Shown here in pieces: positions 23,520 through 34,812 of a stretch of 64,000 nt of DNA (positions are counted from its first letter, which is position 1; each line of letters opens with the position of its first letter). This DNA is from the human T2T-CHM13v2.0 reference genome, Homo sapiens: the NCBI RefSeq assembly GCF_009914755.1, contig NC_060925.1. The stretch is one strand, 5' to 3'. A model generated the notes under the pieces. That model was not told the DNA's origin. It saw only the letters and a list, made by a program, of their open reading frames with translations, and searched no databases. Both the position numbers and the translations under genes were made by a program.

Positions 23520-23691
23520 CGCAGGTTACACACCCATTGTCTGTTGTTCTCATTAACTTCTCTTTAATATTGCTCTTGCCACACTGTACTGTAGTTTCCT
23601 GTTTGCGCAGGTTACGCACCCATTGTCTGTTGTTCTCATTAACTTCTCTTTAATATTGCACTTGCCACACTGTACTGTAGTTTCCTGTTTG
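23520..23691. repeat. 86-bp tandem duplication (2 copies, 2 mismatches) within an L2
   Basis: Units 23520-23605 and 23606-23691 differ only at TTACA/TTACG and GCTCT/GCACT. Confidence 0.95.
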
Positions 23692-24789
23692 TGTATTTGC
23701 CTCTCCTATTAAACCTGGTTCTTCTTGAGAAGAGAGAACTGTGCTGTGTTCATTGTGGAATACTGCACAATTCACCCAGGGCCTAACTCGTAAGTAGCCA
23801 CTCCACACATCCACATTGTACTGAGCGGTTGACAAAGACAGAGCTGGTGGGGCACTGTCCTGAGGGTTCGGCCACAGCAAGGAAGGCACTGGTCAGCAGG
23901 AATGGTGCTGACAGGGCAAGTGGGTGGGAGGATTTCGCAGATTTGCCTTGCCTGTTCTACACATTAGCTGAGGGCCGAGACTGCCCACAGGCAGTCATAA
24001 ACTGGCTGTGGTGGTCAAAGCCACCTGCAGATCTGACAGGAGGAAAGGCTAAGCTCCTCTCTGTCCAACGCGGCTTTAGTGCCCTAAGGAGATCACCTTT
24101 CCAAGCACAGCAACCCTGCCTGTGAGCAGGGCCCTGTGTGCCCACATAAAATGGAGAAACAAAAACAACACAATCGATAAACGAGCAATTTCATAAGTAT
24201 GATTTGGGGTCAGTTTGGCTGGAGGGGAGAATTTAATTGCAAAGCTCCTACGTCTCAACTGCCTGAGGGTAGAAATTGGAGAGAGAAGAATGGGAGACTC
24301 GAATGTTGATTATTAATAAGTCTTAAGGGTTGAGGGTGGAGGAAGACCTGTGAAGACTGAGGTTAAAATGATGCAGATGAAGGCACTTTAGGTGAATGCT
24401 TTGAATTTATACATTGCTGCTTCAAATGGCCCCAAACTTAAATAGAAAGATGATCTGTGTTGCATTTCAGAATTTGTTCTTATAAAAATGAAAAGCCCAA
24501 TAGGGTATTGTGCTAACAACCTACTAGAATACCATTTGGCATTAAAAGAAAAAGAAGTTCAAGATGTAGTCCCTACTGTCAAATAGCTTGGAATCCAAAC
24601 TGGGCAAGGCAGGCCATGTGTGAATCTCTTGTTGAAAGTGACAGAGCAGAGTGAAAACCACATAGACCTCTGGACTGAGTAAGCAAAGAGCAGGTGGGCA
24701 AGAGAAGTGAGGGGATCCAGGCTCCCATGCATGAGTGGGCTGGGCTGCCGGGACAGGTTTATCTAGCTGGCCTCACTGGAGGGTTCCAG

Positions 24790-25300
24790 TGGGACTAATG
24801 GATGGTTGCTAAATCTGCATCTCCAGATCTAGTCCTGTTTCTGAGCCCAAGAACCAAAATTCAATCAGCCTTTGGGATATGTTTTCCGCAAAAGACCTTT
24901 GTCAACTAAACAGACTTGACCGTTGCCCTCTAGCTCCTGCTGGTGTCCCTATTTCTGTTAATGGCAGCTTCATTACTTAATCAGAATCAGTTTCAGCATT
25001 CTTCCTGACTCCATCCTTTCCCGTATGCTCTATTTTAATTGGTACTCTGGCCCCAAAGATTCTTTTTTCACAGCTTCGCTTAAGTCAGATCTCATCTTTC
25101 CTACTCACAGGCCACCCCCTTAATATCATTTCGTGTCACCTTCTTCTGGACCGTTGAAATATCCTCCTAATGGTTTCTTCTTAGACTTATTTTAATGTAT
25201 ATATTGGCATTAGAATAATTTTACCCACACTGTCCTGGCTCAACATCTGCAACAGCTGTTCATGGCCTCCTAAAAAAGAGTCTTCATTCAGGCATTCTAG
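24790..25300 (+). mobile_element. L2 fragment
   Basis: GTGTCCCTATTTCTGTTAATGGCAGC...CTGGACCGTTGAAATATCCTCCTAATGG. Confidence 0.55.
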
Positions 25301-25309
25301 AAAACTGAT

Positions 25310-25530
25310 TGAGAAGAAAAGGCTTTGGTGTCAAACAGACCTAGTTTGAGCCCCAGTTCTATTACTTAGCAGTGTGACATTTGCTGAATTAACCACTCTA
25401 ATCCTGATAGTTAAAATTTAGGTAATTATTGTGTCTACATCATCATGTTGCTGAAAAGATAATAGATGCAAAGTGCGTAGCACAGTGCCTGGGACAAATA
25501 AGTGCTGGATAAAGCAGTTATTATTTTTTA
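25310..25530 (+). mobile_element. MIR SINE
   Basis: GGCTTTGGTGTCAAACAGACCTAGTTTGAG...TAGCACAGTGCCTGGGACA. Confidence 0.75.
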
Positions 25531-26132
25531 GCTATTATGATGCTTTGCTTCTTATCAATCTGACTACATCTATATTTAAAATAACCCTGATGTTAATTAC
25601 CTCACACATACCTATGTTCTTACCAAGTGAGACTCTTCACTTGCCTCCTGCAGGGGGGGCTCTGAAATTCATTCTGCTGCCACAGGACTGGCATCCAGGA
25701 TAGCCGAGTGAGGACCTGGCACCACCTGCTCCCTGAGCACAGCCTGCCAGTAACCCACAGCATTTCCCAAGCCACAAATTCAGACTTCTTCTTCAGTCCC
25801 TGGTTAGTGATGAGCCTCTCTTCAGTGCTAGGACCCTTCCCTGAGTCCCAGTAAGATGGGCCGCCCTTGAAACCCTGCTCATCCTGGCAATCTGCTGTAT
25901 CTTCCTTGCTGGCATGTGGATGTCTCTGTTTCCAACAGGAAGGGCCATCCACCCTTGAAACACTGCTATGTGGAAAATTCTGAGTATGAGGCAGCATAGA
26001 AGAGTGGTTAAGGTCATGGTTGTTGGAATCAGCTGAATAGGGTCCCATTTCTGACTCCAGTGTGACCTGGAACAATTTATTTAACCTTTTACTTCCTAAT
26101 CTTTAAAGCAAGGACAATCATACCACCTTATC

Positions 26133-26631
26133 CTGTATTCTTCTAAATGCAGGGCCTGCTAAACACACCTATGAGCTTACTTGGGCATGTGATCCCAGAA
26201 GAAGGAACCCAAGCCAGGGGAGGAGTGAATCAGTGTAGGAGGGCAGGCAATGCAAGGAGGAGTTATGGATTTGGATACTGCACAAGAGACTGGTGCTCAA
26301 TTCCATTAGAATTTCTAAGCGGCATTATGAAATCCAAATCAAAATGAGCTGTCCAGGGAACAAAAGGAGAAGCATTTATCCATTAGCTTCTGTCACCCAT
26401 TAGTCAAGGGTGATCCCCACTTGGCGTTAACCACTGGCACTTGCAGGTTGCACTTGTGTGCGTGCCAAGCTGCAAATCAGAGAAGCTCTAGGACAGGAAA
26501 TGAGAGGTGCATGGTGAGACTGGAGGAGGTGCTGTCAGGCTGTGCCTGAGCAAAGCTGGTGGAGGCCTTTGCAGGCGGGTTCTGCAGAAGTGGCTGGAGC
26601 AAGAGACAGAGCCTAGAGATGCCTCTGTACA
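26133..26631. mobile_element. LTR16-like ERVL solo LTR inserted in a MIR (MIR arms ~25990-26132 and ~26632-26710)
   Basis: GTGATCCCAGAAG...AGCATTTATCCATTAGCT...GTTAACCACTGGCACTTGCAGGTTGCAC...GAGGTGCTGTCAG. Confidence 0.6.
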
Positions 26632-26709
26632 CATTTCTATCTTGCAGAGCTGTAGTTCTCATGAGGAAATATATTAAAAGGTTAAGCTCCCACAGACATA
26701 TAATAAATA

Positions 26710-27320
26710 CTTTCTTACTCAAAACTCTCCCATGGCTTTTCATCAAGTTAGAAAAAAATTTAAAGTCCTTGACCGTGGCCTCCAAGTCTCTATATGATCT
26801 GGACCTGAGTTACCTTGCAGACTTTATTTCTTACACTCTACCTTTGGCTCTTTCCTCTCCATTTATACCCTGCAGGTTGGACCACAGGCTGCCGTTCACT
26901 CTAAAGTGAAAAACACCCTGAGCTTATTTTGGCCTCAGGGCCTTTGCACTTTCTACTGCCTCTGCCTAGAATATCCTTTCCCTTGATGTTTGTATGGCTT
27001 TCCCCTCCCTTCATTCATAGCTCTGTTCAACTCTCACCTCCTCAGAGAGGCCTCCCCTGACCAGCCCATCTAAAATAGCACCCCTAATACTGTGGTGACA
27101 CTCTATCTCCTTACTGAGATCTCCCATACCACTTACCTTTCCTGACGTTATGTTGTTTGTAACTTATCTGCTCATTGTCTATATCCGTTTTTAGAATATA
27201 AAATCCATAAAGGAAAGGACTTTGTCTATCTTGTTCATAGCTCTATTGCCAATGCCTAGAGCAACATCTGGTACATAGTAAGTGCTCAATAAATGTTTAT
27301 TGCATGAATCAGTGAATAAC
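26710..27320 (+). mobile_element. L2a 3' end
   Basis: CTCAAAACTCTCCCATGGCTT...CCTCAGGGCCTTTGCACTT...CACCTCCTCAGAGAGGCCTCCCCTGACC...GTGCTCAATAAATG. Confidence 0.9.
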
Positions 27321-27945
27321 TTGTATCACGCCATATCCTGCTTTGGATATGGACAGCAGCCAGCCCCTAAGGCACTCATTGAATCCCGCTCCAGACCCTG
27401 CCCTGACCAGACTTCCTCCCCTTCTCTGCCCACCTGTGCACCTAAAGACCTACAGTGCCTTTCAATAGATTTGGTAGAATCATAACAGGGGCCATAGATA
27501 GAAACCACTTCCCATCTTGCTGCGTTATGCACATGTGTTTTCCCTTAGAGACAAGGTTAATTTGAAACCCTTCATGATGCTGGACAAAAGTGACTTTGTC
27601 ACATCACCTCCACCACACATTCAAATTTTCTAAAGTAATCTCTGCATTGCTTATAAATATAAACAGTTTACGTGAACTCCTGACTACCCAGGGCAGGATA
27701 CCCTAGGGTCAATATCCCTGTTTAGCTCAGGTGCTGAGAAAGCTTCCTCCCCATCCTGTTAGCTAGTTACTTCCAAACCTCATCTATTCCGAGCCAGGTA
27801 TGTGGAGACTCTGCAGGAAAGTTCTGCTTATTTGTAATATTTATAGTATAATACACTGGGGAATGTGTTCTAATTTCCTAAATTTCTATATTTCCCCCAT
27901 CCCTATCCAATTTGCTATAGATGACTTATCTACTATTTTCGGCAG

Positions 27946-28200
27946 ATGGTGGTGAAGGTGGTAGGAAATGGAAGTTGTGATAGAGATAGTGATAGAAGCA
28001 GAGATGGAAGTGGAGGTGGAGGTGTTAGAGGTGGTGGTGGAGGTGGAGGAGGTGAGAAGACGGAAGTGGAAGTGGAGGTGTTGAAGGTGGTGCTGGAGGT
28101 GGAGGAGGTGATGATGATGGCGGTGGAGGTAAAGGCATTGGAGGTGGTGGCGAAGCTAGTGGTGATAGTGGAGATAGTGTGGTAGAGGAGGTGGATATGG
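27946..28200 (+). repeat. (GGT/GGA)n low-complexity tract
   Basis: Degenerate GGTGGAGGTGGA trinucleotide array. Confidence 0.9.
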
Positions 28201-28949
28201 CAACGTTGTCATTCAAGGAATAGGAGTGGCAACATGCTCAAAGTGGACACCAAAAATTTTCTTCTACCTGGTCCCAGGAATGGGATATTACCCACTAAAA
28301 AATAGCTACCACTTCTATATTAGCAGGGAATTTCCTGAATATAAAAATTTTATTTTCCCAGTTATCAACCAGTTTCTCCACCCTATCACTTGCCTACTCT
28401 TTCCCTCTAAGATGTTATATTTTTGAAAATACTGCTTGAAAATACGACATTTTGATAAGCAATTTTAGTTTTAATACAGTTTGTGTTTTCTGATTCTATT
28501 TATAAGCAATGCAGGATTCCTTTAGAAAATTTGATGACATAGAAAATCCTAAAGAAAAAGGAAAAACAATTACCCAGAACTGCTCAGAGGTCACCACTAC
28601 TTACCTGTTCCTGCATTTTTCTTCCATTAGTCCATATGTTTCTTCCTTCATTTTTTCTTCCTTCCTCCCTTCTCTTCTTTCTGTCTTCCTTTTCCTGTCA
28701 TCTTTCTATTTTCTATTGTGAAATTGAAATTCATATTATATTTATATAAAATTATAGATATAAAGCAAGTTTTATAGTGAAATAGTCTCACATCATTAAA
28801 AAATTCTTCAAAAATGTTTTTAAGGCATAAATAATATTACATCATAAGAATCACCTATAATATACTTATAGGGTTGAGTATTGAGGTTATTTCCAATTTA
28901 TTTTTCTTATATAAAGGTCAGTTTTCCTGGGGCCATCTGAGAGTTCCAC

Positions 28950-29800
28950 TTCAGGCAACCACGCACATTTCCTGAGCCTTTCCATACACAGAGTTATGCA
29001 TATGCGATCAGAGGGGGTGCAAATGGAATGCAGAGTCACTGCCTTTGGGGAATTTTCATCCAGTCTGAGAGAGAGATTGAAATGAAGTCACAACATTTAT
29101 AAACTAACATATCATCAAGTGAGAATTACTGTGCAGCAGAGCCATATTATAAAGCCAGCACCTGGGGAAGGATCAAGATCAAACTTAGTGGCTAACTCTT
29201 AGGCACCTAGGAGGGATTAGAGGATCATTGTTTATCCCACAGATATCCAAGTCCAGTCCAAGCTAAGGTGTAAGTTACTGCTCTGGGGTACATGTACAGA
29301 AAGGTATAATTTAAAGCTAAACTTTAAAGGGCAATCAGAGGCATGAATTAACAGAAAGGAAGAGGAGAACATTTCAGATCAGGGGAATGACAAAGTTTAT
29401 AAAAGAAACTCACATGCAGGGCTTGAGAAGCCACTAAGCTTGGCTGTGGTGAAGGGCGGCTGGGAGGAATAAGGAGGAGTGGGGTGGGGAGGTGGGAGAC
29501 ACTGAGGCCCTTGAGAGGGAGGACAATGTGATGAAAATATCTCCTGAAGAAGATTTTCCTGGCAGTTGTGCTGGATATATTGGAGTTGGCAGACTCTGGG
29601 GACAGGGACATCTGAGTAGAAGGTGCTGAATTAAATCAGGCATGAGCTGATACGAACTGGATGTAGAATGATGGCAGTAGGACTAGAATGGAAAGAGAAA
29701 GCAAGGGAAACATTTTAGCAGAAGAGAAGGCTCAATGTGTAAAGGACAGATTTGGTAACAGGAAGTGAAAGAAAGAAAACTTAAAATTGGCTCAGTTGGC
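28950..29800 (-). mobile_element. L2 fragments
   Basis: GGAGAACATTTCAGATCAGGGGAATG...AAGATTTTCCTGGCAGTTGTGCTGGA...GATGGCAGTAGG. Confidence 0.55.
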
Positions 29801-30289
29801 TTGAGCCTATGGGACAGGGCCCTTTTGGTTGGAGGAGTCAAGAAGACACATCCCTTTGCTTCTCTTTTCTGATACTTGGAATCCCCTACATCTCACAGGT
29901 ACCATGAGCCTATAGAGGAGAAGATGGAATGGTTGTACATGCTGATGTTCGGTGTTGGTGAAAGAAACTCTCAAAGGGACAGCCAAATATTTAAAATCCT
30001 CAGGCATACACATTCTTATTCTGACCTGCCTGTTTGCTCTTCCTAAGACAGAAAGTTGGAATCAGTGTTTTTCGTTTGTTTATTCTAACAGTTCATGTTC
30101 CTGACCTTAAATTATTCTGGTCTGCTGGGTCTTGGACTCACTTCTGATGTCTCCCATTGCTAGATAATGTGTCTGGTGCTTTTGAACCAGGATCGATGTG
30201 AATACAGCACTTCCAAATGGAGGCCTCAAACGTATTCCTTCCAAAACCCATCTATGATGTTTGTGATGATGATACGATAATTTTAGTAC

Positions 30290-30482
30290 GGCTATTGCTA
30301 TTATTGGGTATACTTTACATCCAAGGCTTGTATATGCACTCATTTTTGTCCTCCATGTAAATGTTACTCTCTCCATATTATTGAAAGGAAATAATGACTC
30401 AGAGTCATTATACAGCAACTAAGGTCACACCACTGATTAAGAGTTGGAGCTAGGATTCAAGAGTCTGATCACTGAGTCTGTG

Positions 30483-30483
<1 letters not shown>
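30290..30483 (-). mobile_element. MIR SINE
   Basis: CTAAGGTCACACC...GGAGCTAGGATTCAAGAGTCTGA. Confidence 0.6.

Positions 30484-30516
<33 letters not shown>
30484..30516 (+). repeat. Pure T33 mononucleotide run
   Basis: 33 consecutive T. Confidence 0.95.
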
Positions 30517-31516
30517 CATTTATATCACAGGGGCTTTTAAAGTTGTCCAGGTCTGTACAGGAAAACATCCCAAGGCCCCCCAGGATGTTGTTAACTAAGC
30601 TAAGCAGCTGAGACCCACTCATCTCATAAGTGCTGCTCTTTTCCATCCTATTTGTAAGTCCTGGCATTGAGAGGCCCTATGAAAATAGTCTGAAAACTCT
30701 TGAATCTGTCTCTCCTCTTCTCTGTGTCAGAACCAAGGATCAGACATTGATCTCCAAATCTAAATGGCTTAGCATTTTTATAATGACTTTTCTTTTGTTC
30801 CATTTGTTGTACCAGCTAATTGCTTTAGAAAATCTTGGCTAATTCCCACAGTTTCACCATCTATCGTATTTAACCAGCCTCCTCTCTGATATACAAAGTT
30901 GAGATAGCTTGAAATGTTCAAGGCATAATGTCTGGAATCAGAATAGTTTCATGGAATGCCAAAGCAGGAGGTGAGTCCTGAGAGGGGACTCACACCAGAA
31001 GCTTTCTCTCAGGTCTCCATTATTAATGAAACGTGGGTTGTCATGGTGATGGTAGAGCAAGTGGAATTGGGAGAAGACTTGAGAAAATATTGTAACACTG
31101 GGAGCCATAAAATCTTTGTGACAGAGTGTATCTTCGTGATGAGCTTGGGACATCCATTGCTTTCTCTCATGACATGTCTCAGACATTATGAGGTCAATAT
31201 AATATCCTAGGATTATTTGAACCAGATGGGTCTGTGCCTTTTTTTAGTTAGCCTGGCTCCTAAGAGACCACATACAGGGCAACGGATCCTGATACCTGAT
31301 ACTGGCTATAGTTAAACTCTGTGGACATTATCTACAAAGCCCAAATAGGAGGCACGTTGAAAAATCCTAGGTGGGGATATCTGTTTTAACATACCCTTTG
31401 TTTCTGTACTTTTATGCCATGTACTCTTATATCTCCTTCCCTTCCCACCCTACACAGAAATAAGAAAATTAAAGATATACTAAGTATATTTGGGTGTAGT
31501 TCATGAGATTTAGTTA

Positions 31517-31618
31517 GGGGAATGACTAGATGTCCTGGTTTGCCCAAGATACACCTGTTGTCCTAGTGACTCCCTTCACTAAACAAGTGTTCAGGTGTGG
31601 ATGATATATGGTTACTCT
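31517..31618. mobile_element. MER94-like hAT-Blackjack MITE
   Basis: ATGTCCTGGTTTGCCC...CCTGTTGTCCT...CCCTTCACT...AAGTGT...ATATGGTTACTCT. Confidence 0.65.
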
Positions 31619-33480
31619 TGATAGAACTGCTGCTGTGGATATGAGGTATACCTAGGAAGGCTTGCACATCAGCAAGAAAGGGTAGTGTTGAGTACACAAG
31701 CCTGCGTTGCCTGTGAGCAGCACTCATGGCTTACTCCTTGGTGGTGAAGCCAAAGGGCCAATAGAAGCTAATCTGATGGCTCCAACTCTGCAGGACTCCA
31801 GCGACCCAGGAAGCCACATCCATCTGCAGGACTGAGTACAATTTCAAAAGATAGTAATGCCTCCAGAGGATGAGGGGGGGGATGGAGGACATTCCCAGTA
31901 GAAGAAAAAGCATAGGCAAATGTATAGTGGTTAGAACATGGATAAAAATTGGTGTTCAGTTTTTCTCTAGAATAGGATATACACATAGAAAGTACTAGGG
32001 GTTGACTTTAGAAATGTATACTATGGCCAGAGTATAGGGAACCTTGAATAGAAAGTAAGAACTTGAAATTCATTTCAGTGCCCAGTGGGGAACCATTTAA
32101 AGTATTTTAAGAAGGAGAAGAATGAGAGTTGTATCTTTGGAGGATTAATCACAGGAGGAAGACACAGATAGTAACTAGTTGACTATTGAAATTGCCCCCT
32201 GATTAAACAGTTAATAAAATCAAGAAATAGACTTAAATAGAAAGTCAGCAATAAAGAATAAACAAATTAAGTAGTCAACTCAATAGATTAGAAACAAACC
32301 TAATTAAAAGGAGGAAAGAAAGATAAAAGGAGAAATTAATACATCATTAAATAAGATAAACAGTAAATTTATAAACATATTCAAGAGAGAGTTTTTTTGA
32401 AAAAATTAAATTGAAAAATCTTTTGGAATATCAATCTAAGAAATAAAAAGTGGAAGTATACAAAATTCGTGATGAGAAGAGGGAGATAAGATTAGTGTAA
32501 AGGACATTTTAAAACCCAGAAGCCAAATTGTACATATCTACGGTAGTATATTTAAAATTCTTAATGAAATTGACGATTTGTTGGAGAAAGCATGTACACT
32601 AAAAATCTAATAACCTGTCTTAAGAATTACTCTCCCTTCCAAACTCAGTTCTGGATTATTTTACAGCTGTTTTCTGTCAATTTTTCAAATAACGAATAGT
32701 GTGTAATTAATTAGTCTCCCTAAGGAGAAAAAAAAATCTGAGTTCATTTTAAGAAGCAAGTATTTCCATGATACTAAAACTTGACAGAGTGCCACCCCCA
32801 CAAAACAGAACAAAACAAAACAGAGCAGAACATTATCAGGACAATATGAGTTATAAATATTGATGTAGAAATCCAAAACAAAAGATCGGCAAATCACATT
32901 CATATGTATATTAAAAGAACTATGCTATCATATAACGAAGTACAGTTCATCCAAGATTGCAGCACAATAAATATAACAAGTAAGGGGCTTAGGCCTTAAT
33001 AGAACTCATTTGAATTCATAAGAAAGCCCCTGCAATCCCAATAGAAAAAAAATGGGCAGGATATGAATGGACAATTCACATAAAAAATAAAAATGGCTAA
33101 TAAGCATATGAAAAAGTATTAACCCTGTTAGTTATCAAAGAAATGCAAATGAGGCATCACTTTTTGTAAATCAAATTAGCAAAGCTTAAAAATAAATAAT
33201 AGTAACACAAATGCCAATAAACATATGAAAATATACTCAACCTCATTAAATCAGGAAAATGCAAATTCCAACCACAATGAAATGCCATTTTACGCCCACT
33301 AGCTTGGCAAAAATGGAAAACTCCGGCAATCCAAAGTGTTTGGAAGAATGTGGAGCTATTAGAACTTTGTGGTTCTGATAAGGCTGGACAACTTGAAAAA
33401 CAATTTAATGTTATCTAGAAATAATGAAGATGTGCACACCTCTTTACACAACAATTTCACACCTGGGTATGCACCGTTGC

Positions 33481-34812
33481 GTAGTGGTTGCCAAATGCTT
33501 TCACCTGCACATCCCCCAAAAGAATTCTGAAAAATGATACACTGCTTGCACAATTTTAAATTGTCATCTTAATTTTTCACTGGAGGTTTTAATGTAGTCA
33601 AGGAGTGTAAGTTCCTGTGTATTGTCTTTGAATTAGAAAAACAACATGATCAAGCTCTTCTTTAAGGGTTTAAGATTTTAATCATTTTTTCCTCCATAAA
33701 CCTGTATTTTAATTTCATGAGTCCCTAAATGATTCTGTCCAAATTTAATATAGTTTTATGCTTGAAAGTCCTTAACTGATAATAATACATCTTCAGAGCA
33801 AAAATATGTGGATGAATTGAATTTTTCAAAGAATTTCTGTATGATCACAAGATTCTAAGCACTGAAAATTTCTTCTGGGTTGTGTTCTCATTGTAGTTAT
33901 TATGAATACACAATTGATCAAAACAACATAAGTTAAGATTTTTGTTAGATAATTTCTAATTATGAAAACTAAATTTTTTATTGTAAATATATATCTTATT
34001 GAAATGGATAGAGGTGTTTCCCAATTGGCTGATGAATAAATATTATTTATGGCTAAAATGAGAAACAATACAGCATCAATTTTATTCCTGTTTATGGTTT
34101 TTATAGATGTAAGTGCTGCAAATCCTTGTTCTTATAAATAAATAGAAGAGAGAAGGGTGGAAGAACTTTTGTTTAGCCATGTCACTCAATTCTTTGAATT
34201 CATTTCCAGTCATATGCCAGGTATCACCTAGTGATTTATGATTGATGATTTTATCACCAGAAATTATTTTTAATAATCTAGCAGCTGAAAATTTGGCTTT
34301 GTGGAAAACATATAATTGGAATGCATCTGACTTGCAAAATTATTTGTTATCCACTCATTAAAGTCATTTGCTTTCTCAACATCGTTATAAAATTTTGAAA
34401 TATCTGTTTGTCATCTTGGAGATTTTTATATTCCATTTTGATACAATATGGTATGGATCTGCCTGAATGAAAGGTATGCTTTTCTTCTATACAGTGGGAG
34501 AATAGCTATTAAAATAAGCGAGGTTAGAAAGAATTGGTTTCAAGAGAATGTATGTACAGAAATTGATGATTTTTATTTATTATTTATTTCTTAATTTTAT
34601 TATTATTATACTTTAAGTTTTAGGGTACATGTGCACAATGTGCAGGTTTGTTACATATGTATACATGTGCCATGTTGGTGTGCTGCACCCACTAACTCGT
34701 CAAGAAATTGATGATTTTTAAACCGATTCCTGAACGATGTCTGTTCCCTGAAAGCCTTTGGAACAGTTCATGTCTCCCCAGGACCACACATACTGCAGGT
34801 TGTAAATTGTTG
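33481..34812 (-). mobile_element. hAT-Charlie/Buster DNA transposon carrying a decayed transposase C-terminus
   Basis: Minus-strand translation of ~34030-34240 gives ...WHMTGNEFKELSDMAKQK, a frameshift, then SIYL*EQGFAALTSIKTINRNKIDAVLFLILAINNI. This is the hAT C-terminal dimerisation pattern (STYLCExGFS...K...RNR). Confidence 0.8.
34576..34702 (-). mobile_element. 5'-truncated L1PA4-like 3' end with 18-bp TSD
   Basis: TATACTTTAAGTTTTAGGGTACATGTGCACAATGTGCAGGTTTGTTAC...TAACTCGTCA. TSD AGAAATTGATGATTTTTA at 34558-34575 and 34703-34720. Confidence 0.92.

Noticed and set aside
25620-26075. 151-aa minus-strand ORF
   Set aside because: Begins in a MIR, non-ATG start, no domain signature.
27946-28216. 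Gly/Val/Glu-rich and Pro-rich ORFs
   Set aside because: By-product of the GGT/GGA trinucleotide tract.
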